Shown piece after piece: positions 24,293-37,020 of a DNA stretch of 64,000 nucleotides. The notes under the pieces are model-generated. The model searched no databases. It was not told where the DNA came from and saw nothing but the letters and a program-made list of their open reading frames with translations. This stretch comes from Lepidodermella squamata. Taxonomy: Eukaryota; Animalia; Gastrotricha. Both the position numbers and the translations under genes were made by a program. Each line of letters opens with the position of its first letter. The stretch's first letter is position 1. The stretch is taken from positions 1,116,001 through 1,180,000 of the forward strand of contig JBLDXI010000021.1 of NCBI GenBank assembly GCA_047495785.1. Direction: 5' to 3'.

Positions 24293-27200
24293 ATGGCTAA
24301 TGTAAACGCAGTATTTTGCGGCTTGGTCGGCATCTTCAGCGGTGACGGTAAGAAAGAGACCGTTCCATTTTCTGTAAGAAACGTCAAGATCAACGCAAAT
24401 GTACGAGGATGGGCAGCTGCGACAAGCGCTGAAATAATTTACGAAAACACGTTTGAAAAGGAAGCTCTGGATGCTAGATTCGTCTTCCCAGCTACTCAGC
24501 ACTACGGCCTCTACAAATTCGAGGCAATTATCGAGGATGGAAAGCAGCCGGTTGTAGCCAAGCTGCAATCAACGCCCGAAACTCCAACAATCCAATCGTA
24601 ATTTTTGATAGTAGTTAATTTCGCAATTTTCACCTGGTTTTTTTTAAGGGGGATTGCCGATGAAATTGTGGCCGATGTGTATCGAATCCCGATCGGGAAA
24701 GTTCCGATTGGAAAGCGAGTGACTATCAAAATAGGTGTCGTGCAGCAACTTCGCCGCAAGCCGGAAAATGGGCAGCTAATTCTCGATTTCGCCCCTGTTC
24801 TACTGCCCCGGCAACTGCCTCGCTGGGATCTCAGCCCTGACGCGAATGTTGTCCGCGATAAACTCCGACTTCAGTCAAACTACGTCGCAGTTTCAGACGT
24901 AGAATATTCGCTTACTCTATCTTGTAATGTGACGCTAGGAGTTGGCGGGAAAATTGGCAAAATCTGGCTCGAAAAGTTTGTCGGCGATCTCAGCGCGGTT
25001 AAAATCGACATAACGCCTGATAATTCCGTAGCAATTTTGACGCTGAATAAAGATCGATTTCGCTCATCGACTAATATTGCAATCGCGATTTTACCTGGTG
25101 ACATCAATTTGCCAGTTGTTGAAGCCGAACCGGGAGTTGACGGCGGTGCCAATTCGTGGTACGAGAAATCAATAGCAACAGCTTGGTACGAACCTGGTAC
25201 AATCGCAGCCTCGGTTAATGCTGAAATTGATGAGGATTTACAGGCCGGGCAGGGCTACGAGTACTGGTTGATTCTTGATCGATCTGGATCCATGTTCGGG
25301 CCGAAGATCGAGGAAAGCAAGCGACTTATGCTGCTTTTTGTTAAGAGTCTTCCACTCGGTTGTAAATTCAACATTCTCGGATTCGGTTCAACTTTCGAAG
25401 TCCTCTTTAAAGACGGGTAATTTAAATTTAATTTAAATTTTCAAAAATTATATGAGACTCTGTTGATGATGCTGGCACCCTCATTTTGACGGGTGCCAAT
25501 TTTTTATTAATTAATTGAAAAAAATCGATTAATTAATTGATTTATTGATTTTTATTGGGTCCAAATATTTGCACCACTAAAATTGAAGTTCCAGCGCTAA
25601 ATTAAAGCGTCCTGGCACTAAATGTTTCAGATTCCTTGCGATTTCGGCGTTTTCGTTTTTTGATTGATACAGATGCCCTCCCTGAACCTGGGATTTTTAT
25701 TTCAGATACACGGTGCTCTATAAGCTAGGTAGAAAAATTACCGATGCTGGGTTCCAAGACGGCTGATATCGGGAAAATCACTGATTTGTAAAATCAATAC
25801 TTGGAATCGATATCGGCTCTATAGGATGAAGTATAACTCTTAAACTGACCGCTCAAAGCGCGAAATACGCGTAATATGAAGGTCTATTGGTTAGGCAAGA
25901 TTACAAAAAATGTGAGATTATAGTGAAGACTGGAAACTTGAAAAACCATATTTACGGGAAATCTAGTGCTGGAGTCTCAAATTTAGTGTTGGAACTCTAA
26001 ATTTAGGGTGCACACTTGGCACACCCATTTTTATTGATTATTGATTTTTCCAACATTTTAATTATTCGCCCAATATTTTAATATTATGTTTTAGGCTGGG
26101 TTTTCAGCTTTTTCGTTTTAGTTTTTTTCCGGCTTTTTATAATTTTAAATTTATCAATTTCAGATGTGTCGATTATGACGAGATTAACGTTGAAACTGCT
26201 CTGAAATACGCGTCGACCTTGCGAGCCAACATGGGTGGAACCAGCGTGATGGGACCGTTAAATCACATCTTCGGCCAAAAGCAAACCCCTTCGCGATGCC
26301 GATTCATCATTTTCATGACAGACGGCCAATTTGCGGAATCACTCGACAGCGTGAAACGCGTCATTATCCCGCAAACCGCAACATCCCGACTGTTCACAGT
26401 CGGCATAGGAAAAGACGTCAATCGATCAGCGCTTGAAGAATTGGCCCGAGTTGGCAGTGGAATGTCGGAATTTATCGAGGGAATCATGGATTTCCAGCCG
26501 AAAGTCATCCGTTTGATGAAAGCGATGAGCAATCAAAGTTTAGCTGGGTTCGAGCTTGACTGGAAAATTGATGGAGGCCTGGTTGATAAACGGATCCCGG
26601 TCAAACTCGCCCTTGCCTACTACTACGGCAATCCTATGACTCAAACAGTCGGTATAACTAGAACTGCCGTTAACGAGTCGCCGATTTTAGGCGAAGCCAC
26701 ATTCATTTCTTCAAATCAACCGAAACAAATCGTCAATTTCAAGTTACCATTTGGCGGTAAATCGAACGAGGACGATCTTGTCCTTCACCGACTCGCAGCT
26801 TTTCTGCAGTTGAGCGAAATGTTGGAGAATCCTAATAGGAGCAGTGAAGCGGCTAAATTCTCCGAGGCAACGGGTATTTTGTGTAAATACACGTCCTTCT
26901 CGATTCAAAGCCCTGTTGAAGCGAAATCGTTGCCGAATTTAATTTCCGACGCGACTACAACCGCCGGCTTTGACGCGAAAAATTTCGCGAAGGCTGATAT
27001 TAGGTCTGGTAAGGCTGATGACTCATCCGTGCAGCTGGCAGAGGAAGTCGTAGCGCCTATCCTATCTTTCGAAGCAATAGCCGGCCTGCAATTAGTCAAC
27101 GGATCTTGGCAATTGAATGACGCCCTGGTTAAGGTGGTTAATTCGCAGTTTTTACCAGATGTCGCCTCACTTCGAGATCGAGTCGTGAAAAGTCTAGCGA

Positions 27201-30200
27201 GTCGACTCACTGCCAGTCCTGATTTCATGCGTGACGATGACGTAATCGGCACTTTAGTTGGCTTGGCAATTCTCAGCCGGCGGTTTAACGAACGCCGAGA
27301 TCAGTGGGTCATTATCGAACGTAAAGCTCACGCATTCCTCCGAGCTCGAAAGGTGACCGGCGTCAATCGCGAGTTGATCTATTTACTGGCGACACGGTTG
27401 GACGGAGCGGCCGGGCCGACTGATGACGAACTTGAGCGGTACAACGAGCGGGTTGAAATTTTCGAACGCGTCGATCAGCATGCACTGGCTGTTTCGAATG
27501 AAAATCGCCACGATCAATTTCAGGATATTGTCACGCATTTAATCAACACCATATGGATAGGAAGTAAGCACTAGGTATTTTTTGAGTGGGAAATTTATGC
27601 GGGAGTGGCCTACTTCAGATTAGCGACATATCGATGAGAGTCATAAAATTAAGTTTTTTTTTCGTCTTATCAGGAATTTTTACTCGGCTCATATCTGAAA
27701 TTTTGAAAAAATCCTCCTTACTAAATTTTTTATTGAAATTAAATATGAGCAGCTATTTCAAATTTTACGGTAAGTTCATTGAAAAAAATGTGTAGTTTTT
27801 TGACAGCCTCTCGGGATAATAACATCGGCATTTCATTTCGTAGAGTCATTTCCGCATATAATAAAAAAAACGCATCGGACACGCTACAAATTACCGCACC
27901 GTGGGAACACATTTTTTCTAGACTTAATCAATGAATAATTTTGCTTGCATGGCCGTGTATCTGGAAATATCGGCCTACATAATATAAATAATGTAGTGTT
28001 GAAAATTCCGTCCTAATTCCATTGTGAAATATAATAATGAGGCCTCTATTCTACCCGTGGAACTATGTTTCAGGTGATTTGGAGAAAGCTCGCGCCATTT
28101 TCATCTGGTTGTCGTCGAAAGACCTGGCGAAGATGCAGTTCGACAACGCCACGCCCGGGTCGCCTGAAAGCATTTTGATGGAGCTGAAAAACGGCCGTGA
28201 AACTTACGCCCACGTCTATGAAATGCTATGTACCCGAGCCGGGTTGAATTGCGTCGCGATTTCCGGCTACGTCAAAGGCATTGGCTACCACCCGGGCATG
28301 CAGTTCGACGGCCGTGATCACCAGGGCGCGTGGAATGCGGTTAAAATCGATGGCAAATGGCGACTTGTCAACGCCAACTGGGCGGCTCGGCGGGTTAGCT
28401 CTGAAGGGCTACAGTACCAGCTGGATGAATTCTTTTTCCTAACCGACCCCCGTCAACTCATCCATACGCATTACCCTAGCGACCCGGCATGGCAGTTGCT
28501 GGATAAACCTATCAGCCTACAACAATTTGAATTACTGCCACCGGCGAAGAGTTTGTTCTTCACCCTTGACATGCGATTTATCGGCGAGACATCTCGGGCT
28601 ATTGTTAGCGCACCAAAGGGTGTAGTCACCCTGAAAATCGCCCACAACCGCCCCGAGATGACACCTCTCGTCGATTTTGATTATTCCCTGATTGACGCTA
28701 ATGAACCGCAATATTTCACGGACAACAAACGTCTCCATGGCTATGTTTTTCACGAAATTTCAGCCTCTGGCGTGGCTAGTTTTGAAATTCGACTGCCAAA
28801 ACGAGGCGAGTATCGCTTTGTTATCTTCGCCGCTGTTTCTAAAACCGGCGAGCCGTTTTCTATGATCAAAAAGGACGCGCATCAAATTTATACGGATATT
28901 TGCGAGTGGAAAATTGTCGCTGATAACGATGGCGGCGGCGTCACGTGGCCGGCATTCCCGCCGTGTTCCGGCGCCAAGTGGGGTGCGCCGCATTTCGAAA
29001 TCGCAAAGTCACGCGGTTTCAGCTTGATAAAGCCGATCGATGCGAAAATTAAAGCCGATAAAAATGGCCAAGCCGAAGTTGCCCTTGATATCGCAATCAA
29101 GCAGGAGATGTTTTTTGTCGCAAAACTGCGCTCTAATGAGGTCAGAATGTCTTTTAAAGGACGCCTTAATCGATCCTAATTTTTTTATAATTTTTATTCA
29201 AAAAATTAGTTTAATTAATTTTAAAATTAATACAGCGTTTCTCCTGCAAAGCAAAAACGGTTCTATGCCAATTGAGCAAAACGAGATTAGAGCAAAACGA
29301 CACGAGAGCAAATTTAATAATTAATTGCAGCTGTTATTTAAATAAATAAAATTTGCCCTCGTGTCGTTTTGCTCTAATCTCGTTTTGCTCAAAAGTCATT
29401 TTGCTCTAATTTCGTTTGCTCAGAAGTTGTTTTGCTCTAATTTCGTTTGCTCTAATATCGTTGCTCAAAAGCCCTTGCTCTATTTTCGTTGCTCAATTTT
29501 CGTTTGCTCAATTGGCATGGAACCGCAAAAACATAGGTTGCGGGTTCAGAGAGTGGTTCAGAAACTCTAAAATGAGAAACGAGTCACTTAAGGCCAGAAA
29601 ACTTTTAGAAAAATTCAAAAAATCACTGCTTCATGCTTAATCCGGAGAAATTTGGTCCAATCGGGTAAAATACCGAAAATTACCGAACCAGTTACTTACT
29701 ATCGGGGTTTACCGGGTTTTATCCGGTAACTTTTTTATTTCTTCGGTTAAATCGCGGGTAAAAGATGGAATATTCTCTCGATAGGTTTAACTACAAAAAA
29801 TTAATTGAATTTCCTAAAAAAAAGTTGCCAAATTAAAAAAAATTGCTGCGCCTGGAAACACGCTGTAATATAATTTAAATTAATTCTGATTTAAATTTTT
29901 ATTTTTTATTTTTTAGGCTGACGAAGAAGTTTTGTCGCGATCAATTCTGCAACGGCGAGTTGGTAACCAAGCAATTTTTACGGTATCAAGCCCAGATCGA
30001 GGCGAATTCGGCCTTGAAATATTCTGCAACCGAGTCGATCAAGCTCGTCATGAGGATGAAAATGCCGATACGTGTGCTGTTTTCCCGTTTTGCCAATTCT
30101 TAATCACCAGCGAAGTAGCTAGTGTTGCCCCGCCCCTGCCCGCATTCCCACCAAGCTACCTCGGCCCCCAGCCTGCCTTCGCGAAACTAGGCCTAGAATG

Positions 30201-30852
30201 CCTCAGCCACCCTGATCCTCTCCTAACAGTTGATGATTTATCAACCCAGCTTCAGGTGGTTTTCGGTCTGAACGAGCCGGGTAAATCGGTCCGAGCTGTC
30301 GCTAATCTCATCCGCCTAAACGATTCCGGCGATGAAGATATGACAGAATTCGTCCTGCACCAGTCGCCGTTATCTGGCGACCGTATCGCCTTTGTTTGCC
30401 GATTTCCGAAATCGGGCACCTACAAACTTGAAATCTACGCCTTGGCTAATGATGCTGTTCAAAAATCGAACTCGATCCCATGTGTCTACAACTACGTGGT
30501 TGAAGTCGGGGGCGGCGGGCATAGTCAGGACTTCGATCAAGCTGTCATACCCTTCCCGAAACAGTACTCGCAATGGCATGACGGCTGTTTCCTGATAACG
30601 CCCATCGACGCCGCGATTAAAGGCATGGCCGACTCTGTAACTATTCAAGTTTCTGTCGGCAATAACGCGAGAAGAGTTCTGGCTGTAGTAAACGACATAT
30701 CTAAAGCGTTTGAGGCTAATAGCGATGGGATCTGGGAAACAGTTGTCCCAGCTGATATGATGAAGCCTAACAACAAACTGGCTGTTATGGCCAACTACGC
30801 GGCAGATCCGCCTGGCTCGTTCGCTGTCTTGCTCGAGTATCAAATCGTTTGA
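24293..30852 (+). CDS. Fusion protein of about 1491 aa: VIT + VWA (VWA5A-like) + hillarin/KY-type transglutaminase-like domain + three Ig-like repeats
   Basis: In-frame exons 24293-24597, 24649-25416, 26164-27563, 28074-29140, 29917-30852. VIT (YENT..ARFVFP..KFEA), MIDAS DRSGS/GGT/TDG, then VDQHAL..|SDLEKARAIF, SGYVKG, AWNAVKIDGKWRLV, EFFFLTDP..THYP and three P..G.Y/F..IF/Y repeats. Confidence 0.82.
25558..26021. mobile_element. Degenerate MITE/foldback element in an intron
   Basis: Imperfect inverted repeats of about 65 bp at about 25558-25628 and 25958-26021. Confidence 0.55.
29233..29865. mobile_element. Tc1/mariner-type MITE (CAGCGT termini, TA target-site duplication); same family as 44589-45299
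   Basis: TA|CAGCGT...ACGCTG|TA; the right arm AAAGATGGAATATTCTCTCG...AAAGTTGC.AAATTAAAAAA is shared with about 45200-45299. Confidence 0.75.
29258..29525. mobile_element. Nested MITE with ~15-bp internal tandem repeats
   Basis: Terminal inverted repeat CGGTTC(T/C)ATGCCAATTGAGCAAA; flanking direct repeat (CAAAAA, or GCAAAAAC if the ends are GG/CC); TTTGCTCTAATTTCG-type units. Confidence 0.85.
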
Positions 30853-31114
30853 AAAAAATATCAACAATTAAATTAATTTGTTATTGTGTGATTGACTTCA
30901 GTATTTTCGGTGCGAATAAACTGCCATATTGATTTAAATAATTTTTGACTAATTAAAAAATGTATATTTTAAGCCTAATCAGATTAAATCGTCTTCGTAA
31001 TGGATACCCTGGATTTTTCTAGCGAATTTTGAGAGAAGCCATAAAATCGCATCAAAGCTCATGTTTTGACTAATGGTGAATATTTGCGAGTTTTCAGTTT
31101 AATAAAAACTTAAA

Positions 31115-33508
31115 ATGTACGGCTTACTTTTGAATGCATCTGTTGCCTATCTTCAACACGTCTATCCAGCGATTTACAAGGATGTATTGGAAGAACTCGG
31201 ATTTTCTGAGCAGGTATGTTTGAAAATATCCGCAAAAAGATCATGGTATTAAGGGCGATATTTTAAAGCGAGATCTGGATCAATACCAAATTTATTCGGA
31301 TAAATTATTTGGTCGCATCACGAAGCTCATGTCAGAAAAAGCTGGCTGTGCCGAGGATCAGTTGATGGAAAGTTTCGGCGAATATTTCGTCGACTATACC
31401 ATTCGCGTCGGCTACAACGATTTGCTCTTCTCGCTCGGACGGTAATAAAAAATTCGAAAAAAAATTCCTAAATTTTTTCGAACCTTTTAAGGACACTCTC
31501 GGACTTGTTCAACGAGCTCGATAATTTGGTATTTTTAAGAAAAATTACAATTTTATCAAAAAAATGTGGGGTATTTTACAGCACGAGTACATCCGATTTA
31601 CCTACCCAAAACTGAAGGCTCCTAGCTTTATTTGCCTGAACGAGTCTGTTGATGGAATAACCCTACTGTACAGAAGTCGCCGGCGTGGGTAATTTTTTAA
31701 ATAATTTTTTTGTAAATGTACAGTTTTTCTCTTCTTTCAGCTTTCAGTCCTACGTCAAAGGAATCCTGCGAGGAGTTTCGCAAAAGTACTACGCGACGTC
31801 CATAAGCATCGACATCGCATCGACTCGAGAAGTTGGCGAGCGTCTTGAAGTTGTTTACAAGTAAATTATACCGAAAAAATAGATCCGCCTTAATTTTTCC
31901 CGATCACTCTATTAGTCTTGTATTCGACAATTCAAGCCGATACGCCGCTAGCGGTGATGTCATCTTACGAGACACGTATTTCAAGAACAAGGTCATCATG
32001 GCTGATACTATTTTTGAACTCTACCCATTCCACATTTTAATCAACGATAACATGGGTATTAAATATATTTCCGTTTAATTATCACTTTTCTATCATTCGT
32101 TTTTCGAATCAGAAATCCTGTCAATTGGAAGAGGGTTAAAACAGCTTTTCCCTAAGGCGCTGCGAGAGGATTTCACGTCGCTGTTCGAGATCATCCGCCC
32201 GGATATTGAGCCGAATTTCAGAACAATCCAACACCACCTTAACAATATTTTCGAGCTCAATTGCATTTTGGCGCGTTTTGCAACGGGCGATGCGACCATG
32301 GACGCTTCGAAAGGCAAATCAGGCGGTTTGACAGTTAGTAAAACCGATCGAAGTAGCGCTGGCGATATACAGACCCAGATGACACCGGGTGGCATGCCGA
32401 ATCGATCGATGGATAGCACGAAAAGCGAAGATAATGGTAAAAAAAATCACCTCAAACCGAAAATTTATCAATTTTTCTGTTTTTTTCAGAGTTAATTTTG
32501 AAAGGTCAGATGATTTTCATTGAAGAGTGGGGCTCTGTGATGTTTGTCGGCTTTCCGCTTCTAATGATGCCTGAGCAAATGCTGAAAATTGGCCTGTATC
32601 TCAGCGACCTGAGCCTATTCGACTCGTCACGTGACCTAGTTATGGCCGCGGCTCAGGACGCCGCTGATCGGCATTTGACCCAGAAACTACTCTCAGTCAA
32701 GTCTGACATAGTCGCCGAGGCTAATCACATGGCTGAGAAGGCGAAGGAAGACTGGCAGCGGACCCACTACGCCCTACTGCCGTCGAGTGTCTCGCAGCGA
32801 TTGATGCGAGCTGAACCAGCCTATGCCATGGCTTGCATGTTCGAACACGCTAGCGTGATTTCGGTTGAAATAGTCGACGAGCGGTTGCACAGTGTTGACA
32901 AGGCGCTGTTCGGCCTCATCGAGGAGGTGCATAAAGAGGCGCAGCAAATTTGCAACAAGTACGACCTGTTCAAGGTCGATGGGCGGCTGACGGATTTCAT
33001 CATGCTAGCCGGGGTTCCGGATGTTACGAATACGCCTGAATTGCTGGCATTTCGAGCCGCGCAAATGCTAGCTAACCAATACACGGTTCGAATCGGCATT
33101 GCAACGGGCCAAGTTGCAGCGGGTGTCATCGGGACTAAGCTTTTAGCGTACAAGTAAGCTTTTTCAGTCTGATAAATCCGATTATTAACGAAGCCTTGAA
33201 AAATTTAATTATTATTTTTATCCGCTATTATAATATAGGCCATTTGGTACTGCGGTGAAGTCGAGCCGGAAATTGATGCTTATCTCTACGGTTCGTCGAA
33301 TTCTTGTTGATGAAGCCACGTGTCAGGCGTGCGCTAATGAGAAGGACGTAGAGAGCGAGCCGGGGCCTGAATCACAGGATTCGCAGGTTAATTTTTTTCT
33401 AATATTATCTTTTGAGTATTACTATCTATTTTTCAGTTAAGTCACAAGACTTACTGGATTCGAACGAGGAAAACAACAAAAGAACCTGGCTCTACAAAGA
33501 AGAAGTAA
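31115..33508 (+). CDS. Atypical soluble guanylate-cyclase-like protein (H-NOX + HNOBA + degenerate cyclase domain), many short exons
   Basis: MYGLLL start, FGEYF, LDNL|HEY proximal His, PSF, YRSRRRG|[33 protein letters not shown] and [15 protein letters not shown]. Confidence 0.9.
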
Positions 33509-33861
33509 TAAATCCGGATAAACGGGGCGAAACGGATGAAATCCGAGACCAATTTATTTGTTAGATTTAATTTTTGTTGTGCTTCAAGTCACATCTCGTG
33601 ATTAATATTGGTACGCACAGACAAAAATAATAATAAAAAGAATGTGAAACTCTTTTCTATCAGAAAAGCGCTATTAAACTGGACTGAAAATGAGCTCATA
33701 ATTGATGAATCACATTAAATGACCGGGATCAGTGTAGCCATATATTATAGGAAATGGCTGTTAATACAATCTAACCTTTACCACCTTGACAAGGGTGATT
33801 CTCCCAAAGATCAAAATTAAAATATCTCTGTTAAATGTGGTTCCTATTGGAAATTGAATCA

Positions 33862-36175
33862 TCAACAGGCCAGTATCACGTTCGAATAATCGCCACACGG
33901 TGATTCCGGTAATTTAGCTGGACACTCCTCGTCCCAGCCAATGCGCTCGCCTGAAGCTGTTTTAGATACGCCATTATTATTCGATATTTGAGGTACAAAT
34001 CGAAGGAACTTTACCTTTATTTTGCTCGACCAACCAATCATAGAGAGGCTTGAAATAATCGACTATCGCAGTTGAGTCCAACTTGCGGCTTCCCGTCAAT
34101 TTTTCCAGCACATCAGGATAAGGCTTCGATTTACCAAGAGCCATTGCTTCTCTCAGAGCAGATGTTTCGTCTTTGTGGCCACTGATGTCGCATAGATGGT
34201 AGTCCTTGGTATATCCGATTTTCCGGCAAAGATGCCGGTGCGCTTGAAACTGCAAAATGTGGGCGTAAAAGTAGCGGTCGTAAGGCACAGATGAGGCTAT
34301 GTGATATTTCGCCCCGGCATCGAAGTCATTTTCAGTCCTATGAACTGGCGGTACAAAACCTTGATATCGGCACTTCATCTTCCACCACTCAGAGTTGAGC
34401 TGTGAAAACGAAATGTTGCCGTCAAAAACTGCCCACCTGTATTTATCCATGATATAGCCGAATGGTAGGAAAGGAACTTTATCTAAAGCCATTGTCATCA
34501 ACGCATTAAGAGAAGTCTCTGCAAATAGCTAGTTGAAACGGTAAGATGCATGTTTAAGAGAAAAATCACTTTTATCTTCCTTGTAGTCCTTTGGCAATAG
34601 GCCAATCGCTTTAATATGAGTTGGCGCGAGTGCCGAGAGAGCAATAAGATCGCCAATGGCCTCGTGGAATCCCATATTAGCACCCTGACTGAACTCAACC
34701 GGTTGTTTGCTGTACTGCATGAAGTACTGTATGTGGCCCATTTCATGATGAGCAGTGTCGTAGTACTCTCTCGCAGCTTCAGCGCACATTTTGATTCGAA
34801 AATCAGTCTGGACTTTGAAATCCCACGCCGATCCATGGCACACCATCTTAGTATCATTCCTCTTCTCAAAAACCGACTTGGTCCAAAAATCTTCTACCAT
34901 CGGACGAAGGCCTATCGATTGGAAGAACCGATCAGCTCCCCGAAAAATAGATTCCACAGTTGATTTCTAGAATGTAAATATCAAAAGTAACCAAGCAAAA
35001 CGAGATAAACCTACGTTTTGTTTCAACAAAGCTGTTAAATCAAATTTAGGAGCTTCGGGATAAGGTTTTAACAGATCGATGAGATAGGTCCATTTCTGGC
35101 CATACATCTCAGACGAAACATGAGCTGGAATATGCCCGCTTGCTGGGAAGAATTTCGCGTATTTCGGATACCGAACTTCTCTCAGCTTCCTTCTCGCATA
35201 GGCGTGCAGTTGTTCATACAGGGGCTTGACGTTCAGCCAAGATTCTTCGAGTTGGTCAAAATACGTCGGATCATCGTGTACAACATCGGCAGTCCACATT
35301 TCCTTCGCATTGTTGAAGCCGTTCAGCTTTGCGGCTTCATTTAACAGCACGGCATAGGACATGAAATACCCTCTAATTTTCCGGCCGGTTTTATTACGCC
35401 AACCTTCCCAAGCCCATTGCAGGGTACAATAGTCGGTTGAGTGTTTCATAACATCGAACAAATCTGCGAAAATTGCGACAATAGAATTAAGTTCATCTGC
35501 AAAACATGTTATACCAGGCGCCAGTGGCAAACAGGTTCTTTTCGAAGATCCTCTGTCCATATGACATACTCGAGAAGAATGACTAGCCACCATAGCTCCA
35601 ACAGAATATTGGTACTGCATAGAATTTTCCTTCAACATTGAAATTTCGTCTTTCATCGGTCACTCACGTTTTCAAAGGCTTTTGCTGGTAGAGCTGCGGT
35701 TCCGATGTTGCTGTAGCCAATCCTTAGCCGTCGCCTTTCGTGTTGCGAACAATTCGCTTTCTCGCAGTCGATACATCTAGCTAAAGTCCAGTACTCTTTG
35801 TTTTTCATGGCCAACTGTTCACTCATCTCAAGCTTCAATCAATCGAGTGGCATTCAAAGTTGAAAATAATCATTTCATTTTTACCTTCACTTTCGAGTTG
35901 GCTTCTGTGATGTTAGTTGCCCAGTTCCAGCTGGCATACGCCGATTTCGTGGACAATTCAGCCATCGTTCCACTCCAGTCAGCAATATACTGCCGGATTT
36001 TCGTAATATCGGAAATAACGCCGCCTTTGCAGCTTTCATATTTCCCCTACATTTTTCGAGCAATCTCTCAATTCGGGAAAAGTTCAATTTCAGTAAAATA
36101 ACGTGGACGTACCTCTGCGATTTGAGCAAAGATAAGCCCGAAAATTGCTAATTGCATAACTGAGTTGTTGTCCAT
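33862..36175 (-). CDS. ACE: ACE-like peptidase (M2), no membrane anchor; copy 2
   Basis: Signal peptide, HHEMGH, EAIGD, FDAGAKYH..VPYDRYF; ends GDYSNVILAC*. Confidence 0.93.
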
Positions 36176-37020
36176 TTTTTAATTTGAAACAACCTAGGTA
36201 TCAAAAATCAATGCGGGAAGCGCATAATTGTCCACCGTTTAACTTTTCTGAGCGATCGTAGTCAATGCCCCTAAATCCTAAATTGAGAACACCCGTAAAA
36301 TTGTGATATTGCATGCAAAATAACTTGCTAGAATGGATAAAATTTGCTTGTAATTGCGTGGGAAAATATTACTCACATAATAGATGCTAACTTCCTCTTT
36401 TCACTGGGAATTCTTCGATCTCTAGTAACAGTCTTTAACTTGCTGGAGCAGCTGTGTTGAGAGCTTCACATCATCTTATAAGCCGCTAGTTGACATTCAG
36501 CTGCGAAAAGGCAAACAACATGACTGAATTGGAAAAATAATACAGTAGATAATTTGTTGTATGTAGGTGGTTTGGATTAGACATTCCACATGAATTGAGA
36601 TCCGCACATTTGTATTTTGTTCGGAGCCAAGCTTTCTGTGAATTTTTGCAAATAACTGCCATTTCAAAAGATGATACTTGCATTGATTGTCCCAAGAGTT
36701 TCAAATTCAAAGTTTCATGAGAAATATCAATTTCTATGTACGGTAATGGGTGCCGAATTGCTTCCGCTGCGCCAGCTTAGATTCATAGGATGAGTTGGAG
36801 TTTTTCTTTAAAAAATCATGGTCATATGCCACGGATCAAGAAAAGCGCGCTCCAAATGCGGCAACAGAGTGACAGGTTTACAGCTTAGGAACGCAGGTAT
36901 AATAAGACACATTTCTAAGCTAGCTTTTATTTGATATCATAAAATTTAAGAACAACAGCGAGTGTTTGTTCCCGAAATTGATGGGTTCTTAACAAGTTGG
37001 ATGCGCTCAGATACTAAATA

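Noticed and set aside
28037-29179. Independent hillarin gene starting at ATG 28037
   Set aside because: The first residues are intron-like and end at TTTCAG; the domain's lead-in lies in the upstream VWA exon.
29258-29525. Short regular repeats resembling a CRISPR array
   Set aside because: No unique spacers, eukaryotic intron, bounded by terminal inverted repeats.
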